A DNA stretch of 44,039 nucleotides. It comes from a phage. The notes under the pieces were generated by a model. The model was not told the DNA's origin and ran no database searches. It worked only from the letters and a program-made list of their open reading frames with translations. This document shows positions 26,400 through 36,300 of this stretch, piece by piece (the stretch's first letter is position 1; every line of letters begins with the position of its first letter). Location: assembly GCA_030821775.1 (NCBI GenBank), contig GCA_030821775.1_4700.1; one strand, given 5' to 3'. Made by a program: the position numbers and the translations under genes.

Positions 26400-28298
26400 T
26401 TACTTAGGCAGGGAAGCTAGTGCTTCCTGCATACGCTTAATAGTCCGCCGCATCAACGCAGCCTCTAATATCAGTACTTCCTCGTAACGAATACCGTAGC
26501 GGGAACCTGCTGGTGTAATCAGTTTACGAGAGCCATTGGCATCTTCCTCGTATACATCATCCCAACTGTCGAAGCACAAGAAGCCATAGCGATGTGCATC
26601 TATACCGTGACGTTCGAAAGCCTCCTTAGCTCGCTGAGCGATGATGCCAAAGTGCCATCTAGCTGAGTCTACACCCTTCTCCTCAATTCGGTCCAAGTAC
26701 TGAAACTGCACAAAGTCAACTTCAGACCAAGCATCCAGTAAAGCATCTGAGATAATAAGAGGCTCTGTTTTATCCCTAGCATCTGAGACAACAGTGAATG
26801 CTGATTGAGTAAAACCGCCAGACCACACTCGATCGGCGGAACCTAATGCGTATGTACCAGTACTATTTGGGGTCATTGCATTAGCACCTAACTGCAAATA
26901 GCCTTCTCTACTGGTAGAAAGACGCACGTTACCGTTGGTGAGGGACACTGTCCGATAAGTACCATCAGAAGTAAATAGGCGAACTTGAGAAGAAGTACCC
27001 CCACCTACAGCTAATGACACAGCACCGTCCCCAAGCATTCTGTACTTATCAGCAGAAGTAAGAGCGCCAGAAGGGGGTGACATGGACTTAATCCGCCATT
27101 CGAACCTACCTGACATACTACCTATGTACTGCCCTAAGGCAGGTGCGTGCACTACGTTACTATTATTAGTGCCGTCAATAGTAGCTGCACCGGCAATAGT
27201 ACTAGCAGAACTGAGAAGGTCGTTTCTCCTGCCAGGGTGCTTTACCTCTACGAAGTTACGTGTAGAGCCGGATTCGAAAGTAATAACACCTGTAGCACTG
27301 TAGCTAGGAAATACAGACGCATAGTTGTTATTAGCTGTACCTATAAAGCGTGCAATTGTAGCAGTCTGCTTTTGTCCTAAAGAGTTAGTACCATCACATC
27401 CTGACATAAGCACATTATTTATGACGTTATCAGAACCCTCTACTGTAACACCATGAGCCTGCCCAGCATCAGAAGTTGAGTAATCTACGAGCACGTCTGA
27501 GATTAAGTTCGTACTTCCTTTGCCTGCAACAACCGCTGCATACTTAGGGTTATTAGCCATCACCCCCTTGATAAGGTTATTAGAAGGAGCTATTGGCCCT
27601 TCAGTGCCGTTGTAAGTTACATGCTGACAATCTGTCCCTATAACATTACTGACTATGTTGTAACTGGCTTTACCTTTCAACTCTACTGCTCCGAACTGAG
27701 GGTAGTTCTTAGCAATGACGTTATCTATGAGGGAGTTAACTGAGGAATCAGCAAGTACGCATCCGGCTGCCTTATTAGTAGCATAGCCGGAATAGCTACC
27801 TCGAATGCCTTTAATCATAAGTCCATCCGGTGGCGCACCATTAGGGTATGCGATTAAACTGAAACCAATACCTTTAACGTCTGAGAAGTTAACGTCACTT
27901 ACAGTAACATCACTTCCACCAGCAAGGGATACCTGCTGTCCCTGAGTTGTATCAGTCGCCTTATTACTTTCTACCGTAATATTACTTAAGCGACCTGCAC
28001 GTAGATTGTTAAATACTAGGTAGTTACCTGTACTTGAACGGTGACTTAGCACGCCACTACCCCTGCCGTCTAAGTTACAGTAATTACTATTAATACCAGA
28101 GCTAGAGAATACACCATCTGAGACTGTGACAGCTTTCTGAGAGTTTAATGAAGCAGCTATAACCTCCGTATCATCAGTAGTGGCGTCACCTGCAGCACCA
28201 AACGGCTTTGATGTTAAAACTCTCGCATCAAGGTACTCATACAAAGATTGTCCTTTATGCAAGATTCCTTCAGTATTAGGTTTGGTTAATTTAGCCAT
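26400..28298 (-). CDS. Tailspike 1: depolymerase with C-terminal intramolecular chaperone domain
   Basis: Track ORF 26400..28358 begins at TTG; the ATG at 28298 (MAKLTKP...) has an AGGAGA SD. N-terminal FGAAGDATTDDT motif, beta-helix repeats, and a C-terminal ~128-aa domain (SDARDK...GIIAQRAKEAF...) resembling the self-cleaving chaperone (peptidase S74) of endosialidase and K5 lyase tailspikes. Confidence 0.75.
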   Translation of the reverse strand: MAKLTKPNTEGILHKGQSLYEYLDARVLTSKPFGAAGDATTDDTEVIAASLNSQKAVTVSDGVFSSSGINSNYCNLDGRGSGVLSHRSSTGNYLVFNNLRAGRLSNITVESNKATDTTQGQQVSLAGGSDVTVSDVNFSDVKGIGFSLIAYPNGAPPDGLMIKGIRGSYSGYATNKAAGCVLADSSVNSLIDNVIAKNYPQFGAVELKGKASYNIVSNVIGTDCQHVTYNGTEGPIAPSNNLIKGVMANNPKYAAVVAGKGSTNLISDVLVDYSTSDAGQAHGVTVEGSDNVINNVLMSGCDGTNSLGQKQTATIARFIGTANNNYASVFPSYSATGVITFESGSTRNFVEVKHPGRRNDLLSSASTIAGAATIDGTNNSNVVHAPALGQYIGSMSGRFEWRIKSMSPPSGALTSADKYRMLGDGAVSLAVGGGTSSQVRLFTSDGTYRTVSLTNGNVRLSTSREGYLQLGANAMTPNSTGTYALGSADRVWSGGFTQSAFTVVSDARDKTEPLIISDALLDAWSEVDFVQFQYLDRIEEKGVDSARWHFGIIAQRAKEAFERHGIDAHRYGFLCFDSWDDVYEEDANGSRKLITPAGSRYGIRYEEVLILEAALMRRTIKRMQEALASLPK

Positions 28299-28382
28299 GC
28301 TATCTCCTATTACTTCCCAACCCTCCCCATGAAGATTGGCTAGTAATAGGCCGCTCAAAAGAACGGCACTATCTTATCTCTT

Positions 28383-28400
28383 CTATAGTGTCTCCTAAAT
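28383..28400 (-). promoter_or_regulatory. SP6-type phage promoter upstream of the tailspike genes
   Basis: Plus CTATAGTGTCTCCTAAAT ~85 nt upstream of the tailspike 1 start. Confidence 0.7.
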
Positions 28401-28429
28401 CTGAAACCATTGATACATAAAGGTATGTA

Positions 28430-28615
28430 TTATTTATAACCGCGTTCTAGTGATAAAATGTACAGTCCAAGTTGTGTAGCATCAGGCTTGCTAAAGCAGA
28501 CCTTATCGTCTACTTCGTACACTGCCGTCAGCGTCGGCTTGGTTGGGCGTTCTGGTAACGCCGTCCCGCACCCGGAAGTGGTCAGCGAACCAATCAGCAG
28601 GATTGTCGCTAGCAT
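28430..28615 (-). CDS. o-spanin (Rz1-like outer-membrane lipoprotein)
   Basis: Track ORF 28430..28678; from the internal ATG the product MLATILLIGSLTTSGC... has a signal peptide with lipobox (LTTSGC) and a short Pro-rich mature part; overlaps the i-spanin-like ORF out of frame. Confidence 0.55.
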   Translation of the reverse strand: MLATILLIGSLTTSGCGTALPERPTKPTLTAVYEVDDKVCFSKPDATQLGLYILSLERGYK

Positions 28616-28712
28616 GATTCGCTTCACGTTGAGCCTCCTTCTGCTCTTGTTCTCGCTTGTAGGCAACCAGCAGGCCAAGTAGACCTGCCAGCACCTTAAG
28701 CAGCTTATTCAC
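28503..28712 (-). CDS. i-spanin-like protein (N-terminal transmembrane helix)
   Basis: 69-aa ORF with one N-terminal hydrophobic helix (LLKVLAGLLGLLVAY) then a charged region; alternative start and no SD; shorter than typical i-spanins. Confidence 0.4.
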   Translation of the reverse strand: MNKLLKVLAGLLGLLVAYKREQEQKEAQREANHASDNPADWFADHFRVRDGVTRTPNQADADGSVRSRR

Positions 28713-28968
28713 AGCCTACGGCTTGGCAGATAACACTGGTAACTGCATCGGCAGTCTGAGCACCAAACTCAACACCCATGCCAACAGAAACCAACGCCAC
28801 TACCAAACCTACCAGTGCTGCGACTACCTTCTTACTCTTTAACAGCCTCACAACCAGCCCTCGCTTTCCATTCGTTCAGAAGGTGAGTATAGTTCTGGAA
28901 GTCAGTGTAGTTTCCAGCTTCACAGGCCTCCTTTACCTTACGCTCACAGTATGCAATGCAACCCTTCA

Positions 28969-29313
28969 TTACCACCTCGCTTTGTTAGAGCGCACATCGA
29001 TGTGTGTGAAGTTCGGGTAAGCACCAATGCCGTACTTGTCTGGGTACTTGTTGCATAGGTACTCTAGCACCTTGGTAGGTGATACACCTTTCACATTAAT
29101 GTCAGCAGCAATGCCAAGCAGATGCTTGGAGTCACGAGCGCCACCAACATTTGAGTTGTGTTTAGCACAGCGATGACCAGAGGTGATAACTACAGGCGCA
29201 TCAAAATGCTCACGCACATCTGTGACTACCTGTAATAACTCAGCATCAACAGTGGATGTACCGCACCCACAACGGCAAGCAAATTCTTTACGCTTGAAGT
29301 ATTTGTTAAGCAT
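28969..29313 (-). CDS. Endolysin, peptidase M15-type (L-alanyl-D-glutamate peptidase-like)
   Basis: Track ORF to 29367 starts at TTG; the ATG at 29313 has a GAGGG SD. Zn-binding pattern SGHRCAKHN...D...H typical of M15 endolysins; no signal peptide. Confidence 0.65.
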   Translation of the reverse strand: MLNKYFKRKEFACRCGCGTSTVDAELLQVVTDVREHFDAPVVITSGHRCAKHNSNVGGARDSKHLLGIAADINVKGVSPTKVLEYLCNKYPDKYGIGAYPNFTHIDVRSNKARW

Positions 29314-29315
29314 TA

Positions 29316-29600
29316 TTAGCCCTCTGCTGGAGTGACAGGTGACTCCACCATAGTAGTTGCATACCAAGGGTCAGTTGGTTCACTACCATGTGCAATAGCG
29401 ATGTACAAGGTGTTTGCTTTCTCTACAGCAACCATGGCACCTTTCTGCTTACCAGATAGGTGTTTAATGTTGATAGGATGATTTTTCTTCTGAAGGTCTT
29501 CTTCAGCAACAACAGGCATGGGGATTGCCGTTGCAATAGTTTGTACTGCCTTTACTCGAAAAGCCTGACCAGTAACAGAACCTGTACCATATGTAGCCAT
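29316..29600 (-). CDS. Small protein, paralog B of a tandem pair
   Basis: 94-aa ORF with GGAGG SD; shares the block SGKQKGAMV...IAIA with the adjacent ORF 29616..29891. Confidence 0.55.
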   Translation of the reverse strand: MATYGTGSVTGQAFRVKAVQTIATAIPMPVVAEEDLQKKNHPINIKHLSGKQKGAMVAVEKANTLYIAIAHGSEPTDPWYATTMVESPVTPAEG

Positions 29601-29615
29601 GTAATCCTCCTCTTC

Positions 29616-29891
29616 TTAAGCTAGGGTAATAGAAGTGCCCGCTGTAACGGACAGCCAATTAGAATCTTCTTTGCCATCAACTGCAATAGCAATACTTAAT
29701 ACACCAGATGAGTCAAGACACACCATAGCTCCTTTCTGTTTGCCTGATTTGGTGGCATCATTAATAACATTGCTTTTCTTACTAGCTTCCTCTTTTGAGA
29801 TTACCGGAAGCATTAGTGCTTCACTTACAGGTTGTAACTGCTTACGACCAGACTTACCTGTAATGGGTTTACTACTATAACTATCAGCCAT
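29616..29891 (-). CDS. Small protein, paralog A of a tandem pair
   Basis: Track ORF 29616..29951 trimmed to the ATG at 29891 (AGGAGAG SD), giving 91 aa MADSYSS...; homologous to the adjacent 94-aa ORF. Confidence 0.55.
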   Translation of the reverse strand: MADSYSSKPITGKSGRKQLQPVSEALMLPVISKEEASKKSNVINDATKSGKQKGAMVCLDSSGVLSIAIAVDGKEDSNWLSVTAGTSITLA

Positions 29892-30031
29892 TATCTCTCC
29901 TATTATGTAAATATAGTAAGGAATGAAGGAATAGGGTGTACAGGAGTACACCCATACTAAGGCATACCTAGATATAACCTAGGTTAACCTATATTATCCT
30001 TGTTATTTCTCTTATTCTCTGTGCCCTCCTC

Positions 30032-30049
30032 CTATAGTGTCCCCTAATT
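30032..30049 (-). promoter_or_regulatory. SP6-type phage promoter (variant) at the 3' end of the large terminase gene
   Basis: Plus CTATAGTGTCCCCTAATT overlapping the terminase stop codon. Confidence 0.6.
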
Positions 30050-31946
30050 ACCAAGTCCTTGATATTCTTGAAGAAAGAGTATTTCGAGACTTGACCTGCA
30101 TCGTGGGTGCATTTCCGTAGACACGGCGCTGCATTGCCACTGACGTATTCACCTGTTTTCGATAACCGTGGTCTTGTCCTGTGAAGAACTCACGGCGACG
30201 GCGAGGGTCATGCATCATCTCAAGATAATCGCGCATCTCCTGCGCTCTGAGGCGATTTATCCGGTTAACCTCGTCATAGTCTATCTGAGAAGTTAATTGC
30301 CGTATAGCGCCGTACAGTGCGTCTAAGCGGTCATCATGTCGCAGGCACCCTTTCTCCAGAGTGATGTTCGAGATTTGAGCAAACAGGCTGTAGCTCATCC
30401 GAACCTCCAGAGGGTAGTGCTGGATGCTGTCAATGTCCTGCTTGATCATCTCAGCGTTGAAGATGATGCGGTGCGCGGAGAACAGCGGTTCAAGCGTCTC
30501 GATGATACGAACCTCTTTCTGACCGTGTGCGTAGTCTTCTTTCAACTCGGCAGGCCACTCACGTTCGAAGTATGGCTTAATTACCGCCTCAAACGCACCG
30601 TGACCGAAGTTCTTCTCTATGAAGACCTCTTTTACCCCTGCGGCCTTAGCCTCGCGCACAATGCGACTGAGCGCGTTCTCGGAGTATCCGCCAGGCACAC
30701 CGAAGCATTTATAGACGTAGATGAACGTCCCCAACAGGAATACGATAGCCACGCCAGTTTCGTCGCCGTTCTTACCGCCACCAGCGGGGTCAATGTACAT
30801 GACGCGGCGCTGGATTGGTCGCCACTCATACGGGCGTGCAACCGGACGGTACAGGTAGTCTGTAGGCTTGTTACCGAAGCGCGGAGCGTCACCAATCAAG
30901 TTGAGAGTGTCGTTGCTCCAAGTCGGCATCTCTGGGACAACATCTGTACCAAAGCTCATGCAGATAAGCTGGTTCAGGCGCAGGGGGTAACGGTCTGCGT
31001 CCATCAGGCGCGTGTTCAGCATGAACTGTAGCTGGAACTTAGCAGTACCTTGTGAGATTTCCTTCTCAATCAGCTTCTCGTCATCGTACATTTCAGGGCA
31101 AGTTGGAGCGCCCTGAGTCCCGTCGATGCCATAACCTGAGCGCAGTGACGGGTCTTCCATCATATCTTGGCGAATCATCGGTGCGAGGAAGTCGCCGTAG
31201 CAAGCCTCCTGCTCTAACGTTGGATACCGTCCGGGCCAGATTCGAATCTGATAGCCACGCGCTGGTAAGTTGTTGTAGATGGAGTTCACGCTCTGAGGCG
31301 TACCAAGGTAGATGATGTCACCGAACTGGTTGATTGATTCAAACTCTTTGGTCAGGTCTTCCAGCAAGGCACGGCCTGCTGCGGTACGGCTGTTCTGCAA
31401 CGATTCAACGTCATCAGCCAAGATGATGTCTGCACGAGCACCCTGCATACCCGCCTCGATAGAGTAGCAGGCCACGGACGGAGACTTGTCACTACCACGT
31501 AATGTGTAGTGAATCTCAAAGCCTTTGATTGAAGCCTTGTCACCTGCGTAGATGTCAGGCAACATGAACTCCAAGAAGTCCAGACCACGGAAGATTTTGA
31601 TAACCCAGCCTGCGATTTCCTCTGCACGCTTGGCTGTCTGCGACACAATCATGATACGCTTGTGTGGTTCATGGATGATACGAAATACAGAGTAGATTGC
31701 AGCGATTGTGGTCTTAGCCTGTCCACGCTGTGCCTCTACCATTCGATATTTGTTCCCACTGAATAGGAACTTTAAGATATCCGCTTGTACCCGATTCAAA
31801 TCAGGGTTGCCAGTGATTAATGTATTGATTACAACCTGAGCGAATGACAGAAGTCCCTGCACGGTATACGGGAATGTTTGTTGTAACTCGTGCAGCAACT
31901 CCCAACGGGCAAGGGCTTCTGCCTGAGATTCCCTTGCTTTTGCCAT
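30048..31946 (-). CDS. Terminase large subunit
   Basis: 632-aa ORF with AAGGAGG SD; start overlaps the small-subunit stop (TAATG); ATPase and nuclease-sized domains; position as T7 gp19. Confidence 0.85.
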   Translation of the reverse strand: MAKARESQAEALARWELLHELQQTFPYTVQGLLSFAQVVINTLITGNPDLNRVQADILKFLFSGNKYRMVEAQRGQAKTTIAAIYSVFRIIHEPHKRIMIVSQTAKRAEEIAGWVIKIFRGLDFLEFMLPDIYAGDKASIKGFEIHYTLRGSDKSPSVACYSIEAGMQGARADIILADDVESLQNSRTAAGRALLEDLTKEFESINQFGDIIYLGTPQSVNSIYNNLPARGYQIRIWPGRYPTLEQEACYGDFLAPMIRQDMMEDPSLRSGYGIDGTQGAPTCPEMYDDEKLIEKEISQGTAKFQLQFMLNTRLMDADRYPLRLNQLICMSFGTDVVPEMPTWSNDTLNLIGDAPRFGNKPTDYLYRPVARPYEWRPIQRRVMYIDPAGGGKNGDETGVAIVFLLGTFIYVYKCFGVPGGYSENALSRIVREAKAAGVKEVFIEKNFGHGAFEAVIKPYFEREWPAELKEDYAHGQKEVRIIETLEPLFSAHRIIFNAEMIKQDIDSIQHYPLEVRMSYSLFAQISNITLEKGCLRHDDRLDALYGAIRQLTSQIDYDEVNRINRLRAQEMRDYLEMMHDPRRRREFFTGQDHGYRKQVNTSVAMQRRVYGNAPTMQVKSRNTLSSRISRTW

Positions 31947-32245
31947 TAAGCCTCCTTAGCGAAAGCGATAACCTTACCTTGTGAAGCCTGTTTCAACTGA
32001 GCCAGACGCTTAGACAGCTTGGATTCCTCCTGTTGTGCTGCTGGCGTAGCGGTGATGCCGTTATCCAGCACCCACTTACACATCGCACCAACATCCTTAC
32101 CGGACACTAGGCCGATTGTCGCATCAGGGTTATCTTCGATTGCATCTAAGATAGCCTGTGCTTTCTTGTTGAACATCTTCGTAATTGCATTGTGTAGAAT
32201 ACCTACATCATCTTCCGATGCAGCATGTCTGTTATGATTGCTCAC
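31946..32245 (-). CDS. Terminase small subunit (T7 gp18-like)
   Basis: 99-aa ORF, GTG start with GGAGG SD, immediately upstream of and coupled to the large subunit. Confidence 0.6.
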   Translation of the reverse strand: MSNHNRHAASEDDVGILHNAITKMFNKKAQAILDAIEDNPDATIGLVSGKDVGAMCKWVLDNGITATPAAQQEESKLSKRLAQLKQASQGKVIAFAKEA

Positions 32246-32423
32246 GTCTCTTCCTCCGTGCCTTAATCTTTCCCCACACCCAGTCGCAAATCTGTAACAT
32301 AGTCCAGATAGCAGTTAGAATGTAAACCCAGTTCTCCCAACTGACTCCAAGAAAGGTTGAGCTTGTCACTAAGACACTCGGAACCCACTTAAGGCCATCG
32401 GTGATTGCATCTGAGTTTACCAT
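32232..32423 (-). CDS. Holin (T7 gp17.5-like)
   Basis: Track ORF to 32483; the ATG at 32423 has an AAGGAGG SD and gives a 63-aa protein with hydrophobic segments and a highly basic C-terminus (KIKARRKRREQS); sits between tail fiber and small terminase as in T7. Confidence 0.55.
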   Translation of the reverse strand: MVNSDAITDGLKWVPSVLVTSSTFLGVSWENWVYILTAIWTMLQICDWVWGKIKARRKRREQS

Positions 32424-32433
32424 AGCAACCTCC

Positions 32434-33393
32434 TTATACCAGTTGAAGTTTAAACATGACAGTACATTCAGGTAACGGCTCATTGAATGTCACAGTAGAA
32501 CCATGAATCTCATACGCAGAGTCAGGCTGATACAGCCCATCAAGGTAAACATCAATGCGCTTGAATGCCGTAACAACATCAATTGACTGTGTACCTTCTC
32601 TGACCTGCTGGTGCATCAAGGTTGTATCACCAGCCGTAGGTGGAGTGAGGCGACTACCGATGAGTACATACAACTCATCTCCTGCTTGCAGAGGTTCTGA
32701 CAAGGAGATAACACCATGCCCAACGGATACAGCGCCAGCCAACTCGTGCTGAAAGACACCGTTGATGAAGACCATTGCATCTTTGAACTCATATGGAGGT
32801 TGGATGATTTGCTCTCCACCAGAGGCGACCATGTACCAAGGGACAGTTCGATGTGACACACCGGAGATCATGCCCTTCTTAAGACCTGCAATCTCTAGGT
32901 CTTGTGCCTTATTCCAATCTGTATGCTTTTTGTCTACAGAATCAAGCTGGCCTTTGTTCACAGCATCGGTTTCATTGATGCCAGCACCAAGGTTAGTGAT
33001 GCGATTCCCACCCATGTTAAGGTGGCTCTTTATGAAGTAACCATCTGGCAAGAAGCCATCAAGCAGTTCCTGAATAATCTCAAGTTGTTGTATGAAGTTG
33101 TTGTTCAAAGACTTCATATCCAGAACAACGTTACGGTCGAAGACAGCATACGGGTTGTCCTTCTCAACAATCCTGCGAATACGCATCTTACGACCACTTG
33201 CTGGGGCTACGTTAAAGGTAATCTGGTTGGTGCCAGACAACACCCAACCAGTTGCTTCAACCCAATCACTTCCATCCAACCACTCTACGTGAATGTCGGA
33301 AGCACGGATATAACCTTTATCATAGCCAGCGAAGCGGAAAGAGAACGTAGTCGTGCTACCATCACCAGTCACTTCGGTATAGGTATAACTCAT
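32434..33393 (-). CDS. Tail fiber / tailspike adaptor protein (T7 gp17 N-terminal domain-like)
   Basis: ~319-aa ORF; ATG at 33393 overlaps the upstream stop (ATGA); N-terminus resembles the tail-attachment domain of T7-like tail fibers; too short to carry its own receptor-binding domain. Confidence 0.7.
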   Translation of the reverse strand: MSYTYTEVTGDGSTTTFSFRFAGYDKGYIRASDIHVEWLDGSDWVEATGWVLSGTNQITFNVAPASGRKMRIRRIVEKDNPYAVFDRNVVLDMKSLNNNFIQQLEIIQELLDGFLPDGYFIKSHLNMGGNRITNLGAGINETDAVNKGQLDSVDKKHTDWNKAQDLEIAGLKKGMISGVSHRTVPWYMVASGGEQIIQPPYEFKDAMVFINGVFQHELAGAVSVGHGVISLSEPLQAGDELYVLIGSRLTPPTAGDTTLMHQQVREGTQSIDVVTAFKRIDVYLDGLYQPDSAYEIHGSTVTFNEPLPECTVMFKLQLV

Positions 33394-36300
33394 CAATCCT
33401 CCAATAGATCAACACTGGCTTTGGTCATCTGACCAATACCAATTGTGTTTGCCAGCGGAACCAGACGGCGCACCTTGTCTACCAGTTGGCGTGTAGATAC
33501 GTCATCGTCACCGTTAGCATACTTAACCAATGCCTTGGAAAAGTCCACGGCATCACCAATAACACCAGCGCCTGCTACGAGTTCACCAAAGCCTTGTTGC
33601 TGGAAGCCCATACGTCCCGGTGCTTGCATTAGCGCATCCGGCATTAAACCGAACGTAGCCAAGGTATCACCAGCTAGGCCGAAACCTGCAACTTGTGGTA
33701 GCTTGTTGAACACACCCATAGCAATATTGTTGGTGTCAAACTTCTCTTTCAGGAACTTGTCACGGTCCTCTCGACCAATCGCCTGCATCTGCATCTGTGT
33801 TGCATAGGAAGCGTAGCCAAGCAGCGAAGACCAAGCAAGGATTTGTGCCGCTTGAATCTTGTCACCACGTAAGTCATGAATGAGTTGCTTCTCGATAGAG
33901 ACAATGGAGAATGATTTGAACTGAGTAAGTGCTTTGCCCCACCATTTGTTCATCCAGATACCTTCGTCACCAATGAAGTTACGCTGGATTAACCTACCAG
34001 ACATACGGCGTACTGCGATGCCTACGGTTTCCCGAAGGTCTGGTTCCATCACATCGAAGTTCATCATACGAACCTTCTCGCCATTATATTCAGCATAAGC
34101 TGGGTTTTCGTCGAAGTGGCGCTGTAGGCGCTTCATGGTTGCTTCATTCAGGCCAATCTCATCCAAGTCAGCCTGCGGCAACTTACGTCCACCAGACAGG
34201 TGTTCTTTAAGACGCTTGTTGATTGAACGTGCCACAATCTTCTCGGAACCACCCTGAATTGCCTTGAAGCCAGATAGCCAAGTGTTCACGCGACTACCCA
34301 TCGCAAGCCCGTTGTCTACGATTTGTGACAGCTTATTGAGGTTGTCAGCAGTCTCACCGAACTCGTCATGGCGTGTGTTCCAACCTGTCAGCCAGTTGTC
34401 TTCGCCAATGTATCCTACTAACTCCTCCATCTCACGCAGTTCTGGCTCAAGCAGTTCGCCTTGTGCTGTACCTCCTTTACGACCAGCGCGTGACCTGAGG
34501 AACTTAGTGGCAGGGACAGACTTCAGCACCGTACCTACACCCATCTTGGTTATGGCTCGTGCAAGCTCTGGGATCTGAGCAAAGCCCATCTGTCCAAGCC
34601 GCAAGAGGCCAGTCACCTCACGGAGTCGGCGTGTGCCTCTGACAATGCCAGCGTTAGGGTCTGCGTCAATAGTGTTCCCGTACATTAGGCGAACAGAATC
34701 ACGTAGCATATCTGCCTCTGCACGTAGCTGTTTGATAGCCTTGGCATCTGAGCCAGCCATGTTGCGCCCAGCGCGTTCTGCTGCGTCGATTGCGTTGAAC
34801 ACGGACTGACGGGTAGGGAAGCCCATAGCCGCCAGTGCAGCGCCCCCTGCGGCCTCTTTGCCGTAGTTCTCAACCAGTGTCGCCACGTTGGTGTTCAGCA
34901 AGTCCTGTACTTTCATACCGCCGTACTCTGCCTGCGTATTGATGCCCATGCTGGCTTTAGCACGGTTCGATACAGACTCAGCCATCTCTGCCAACTCCGT
35001 ACCTTCAATAAAGTTGTCAATGATGGAGTCAGGGACACCAGCGGATTTCAGGTCAGCAATGAGTTGCGCCTGCTGCTGCTGTGAGATAACGCGGTCGAAG
35101 GCTACACGGCTAGACAAGGTAGAGTCGGAGGCACGGATATACTGGACTTTAGCGAGTGCATCTGCTGACTTCTTACCTAGCTTGTACTTGCCTGTCTGAT
35201 AACCTTTGGACAGCAAAGCAATCACTGCCTCGCTTGAGCCAAGACGGTTAACAGCCTCGGTGATTTTGATGCCGTCGTAGATAACTGGCATGTAGTCACG
35301 AGCCGACTGCACGTTCTCGAAGCCTGCTTCACCAGCCTGCTTGCGTATCTCAAGTGCTTTCTTCAACTTGTCAGCCATACCCTCGGCAGCCAACTTAACA
35401 CCCTTGGGAGTATCTTCTGGAATACCTTTGACAATTGCTGTGTAGACTTGGTTGTTGAAGTCACGAGTTACGGCAGGGTTAAGGTAATCAATGGCCCGTA
35501 AGTTATTGTCCTTGAGGAACTGAGAGAAGCCATCGTTGTAGCGGTTACGATCTGCTGTACGAATCAGGTTGTTATACACATCAGACAAGATTGAAGCTGT
35601 CTTCCCTTGATACGCACCACCTTGTGCATTCTCAAGCAGGCGTAAGCCAAGACCACGGAACACAGGGTTCTTCGAGTTAAGAATAACGGAAGACACAGAA
35701 CCAAGCCCAAAGGTAGATACAGGCTTAACGTCAGACTGATATGCCTCACGAGCCAAGTCATCCATCAGGTCTTCCATCTTATCAGAGAGGTAGAATTGCT
35801 CACCTTGAATCTCTGAGCCTTTAACACGGGCTGCTGACAGGGAATCATCAGGCGCTGCCTTGGCTTCCACCTCTGCCTGTGCAGCCTCGTCAAACTTCTG
35901 AGTCGGCGTCTTCTTAGCAGCCTGCTCTGCCTTGATAGCAGCAACTGCCTCCTTCACTGCACTGTGCATATCAACCTTACGTGACGGCACTTCCAGTCCA
36001 AGCTCTTTGATTTGCTGCTCACGCGTTAGGCTTGAGAATCTCTTAAGCTCTGCCTTGGCTGCTGGTACGTTCTCTACAGCTCTCAGCTTAGCCTGTAGTT
36101 CTTCCAAGCGACGAGTGGCATCAGCGATTGGCGCATCGAAACGACGAGCCAGTGCCTGCAATTCAACCTTAGTGTCTAATGCCTCTACCTTGTTACGCGC
36201 TGCACCTTTCTTGGCTGCATGTTCTGCCCGTGCTGCTGTACGAGTTTCCTGTAATGCAGCCAGTTCACTCTCGGCTTGTCTAATGTCAGCCTTGAGTCTT

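Noticed and set aside
26400-28358. Track start (TTG at 28358) for tailspike 1, and similar alternative-codon starts for ORFs at 29367, 33396, 43306, 23509, 9358, 10399 and 11557
   Set aside because: In each case an in-frame ATG (or GTG) a few codons downstream has a much better Shine-Dalgarno sequence and often overlaps the upstream stop codon; the longer track ORFs are treated as 5' over-extensions.
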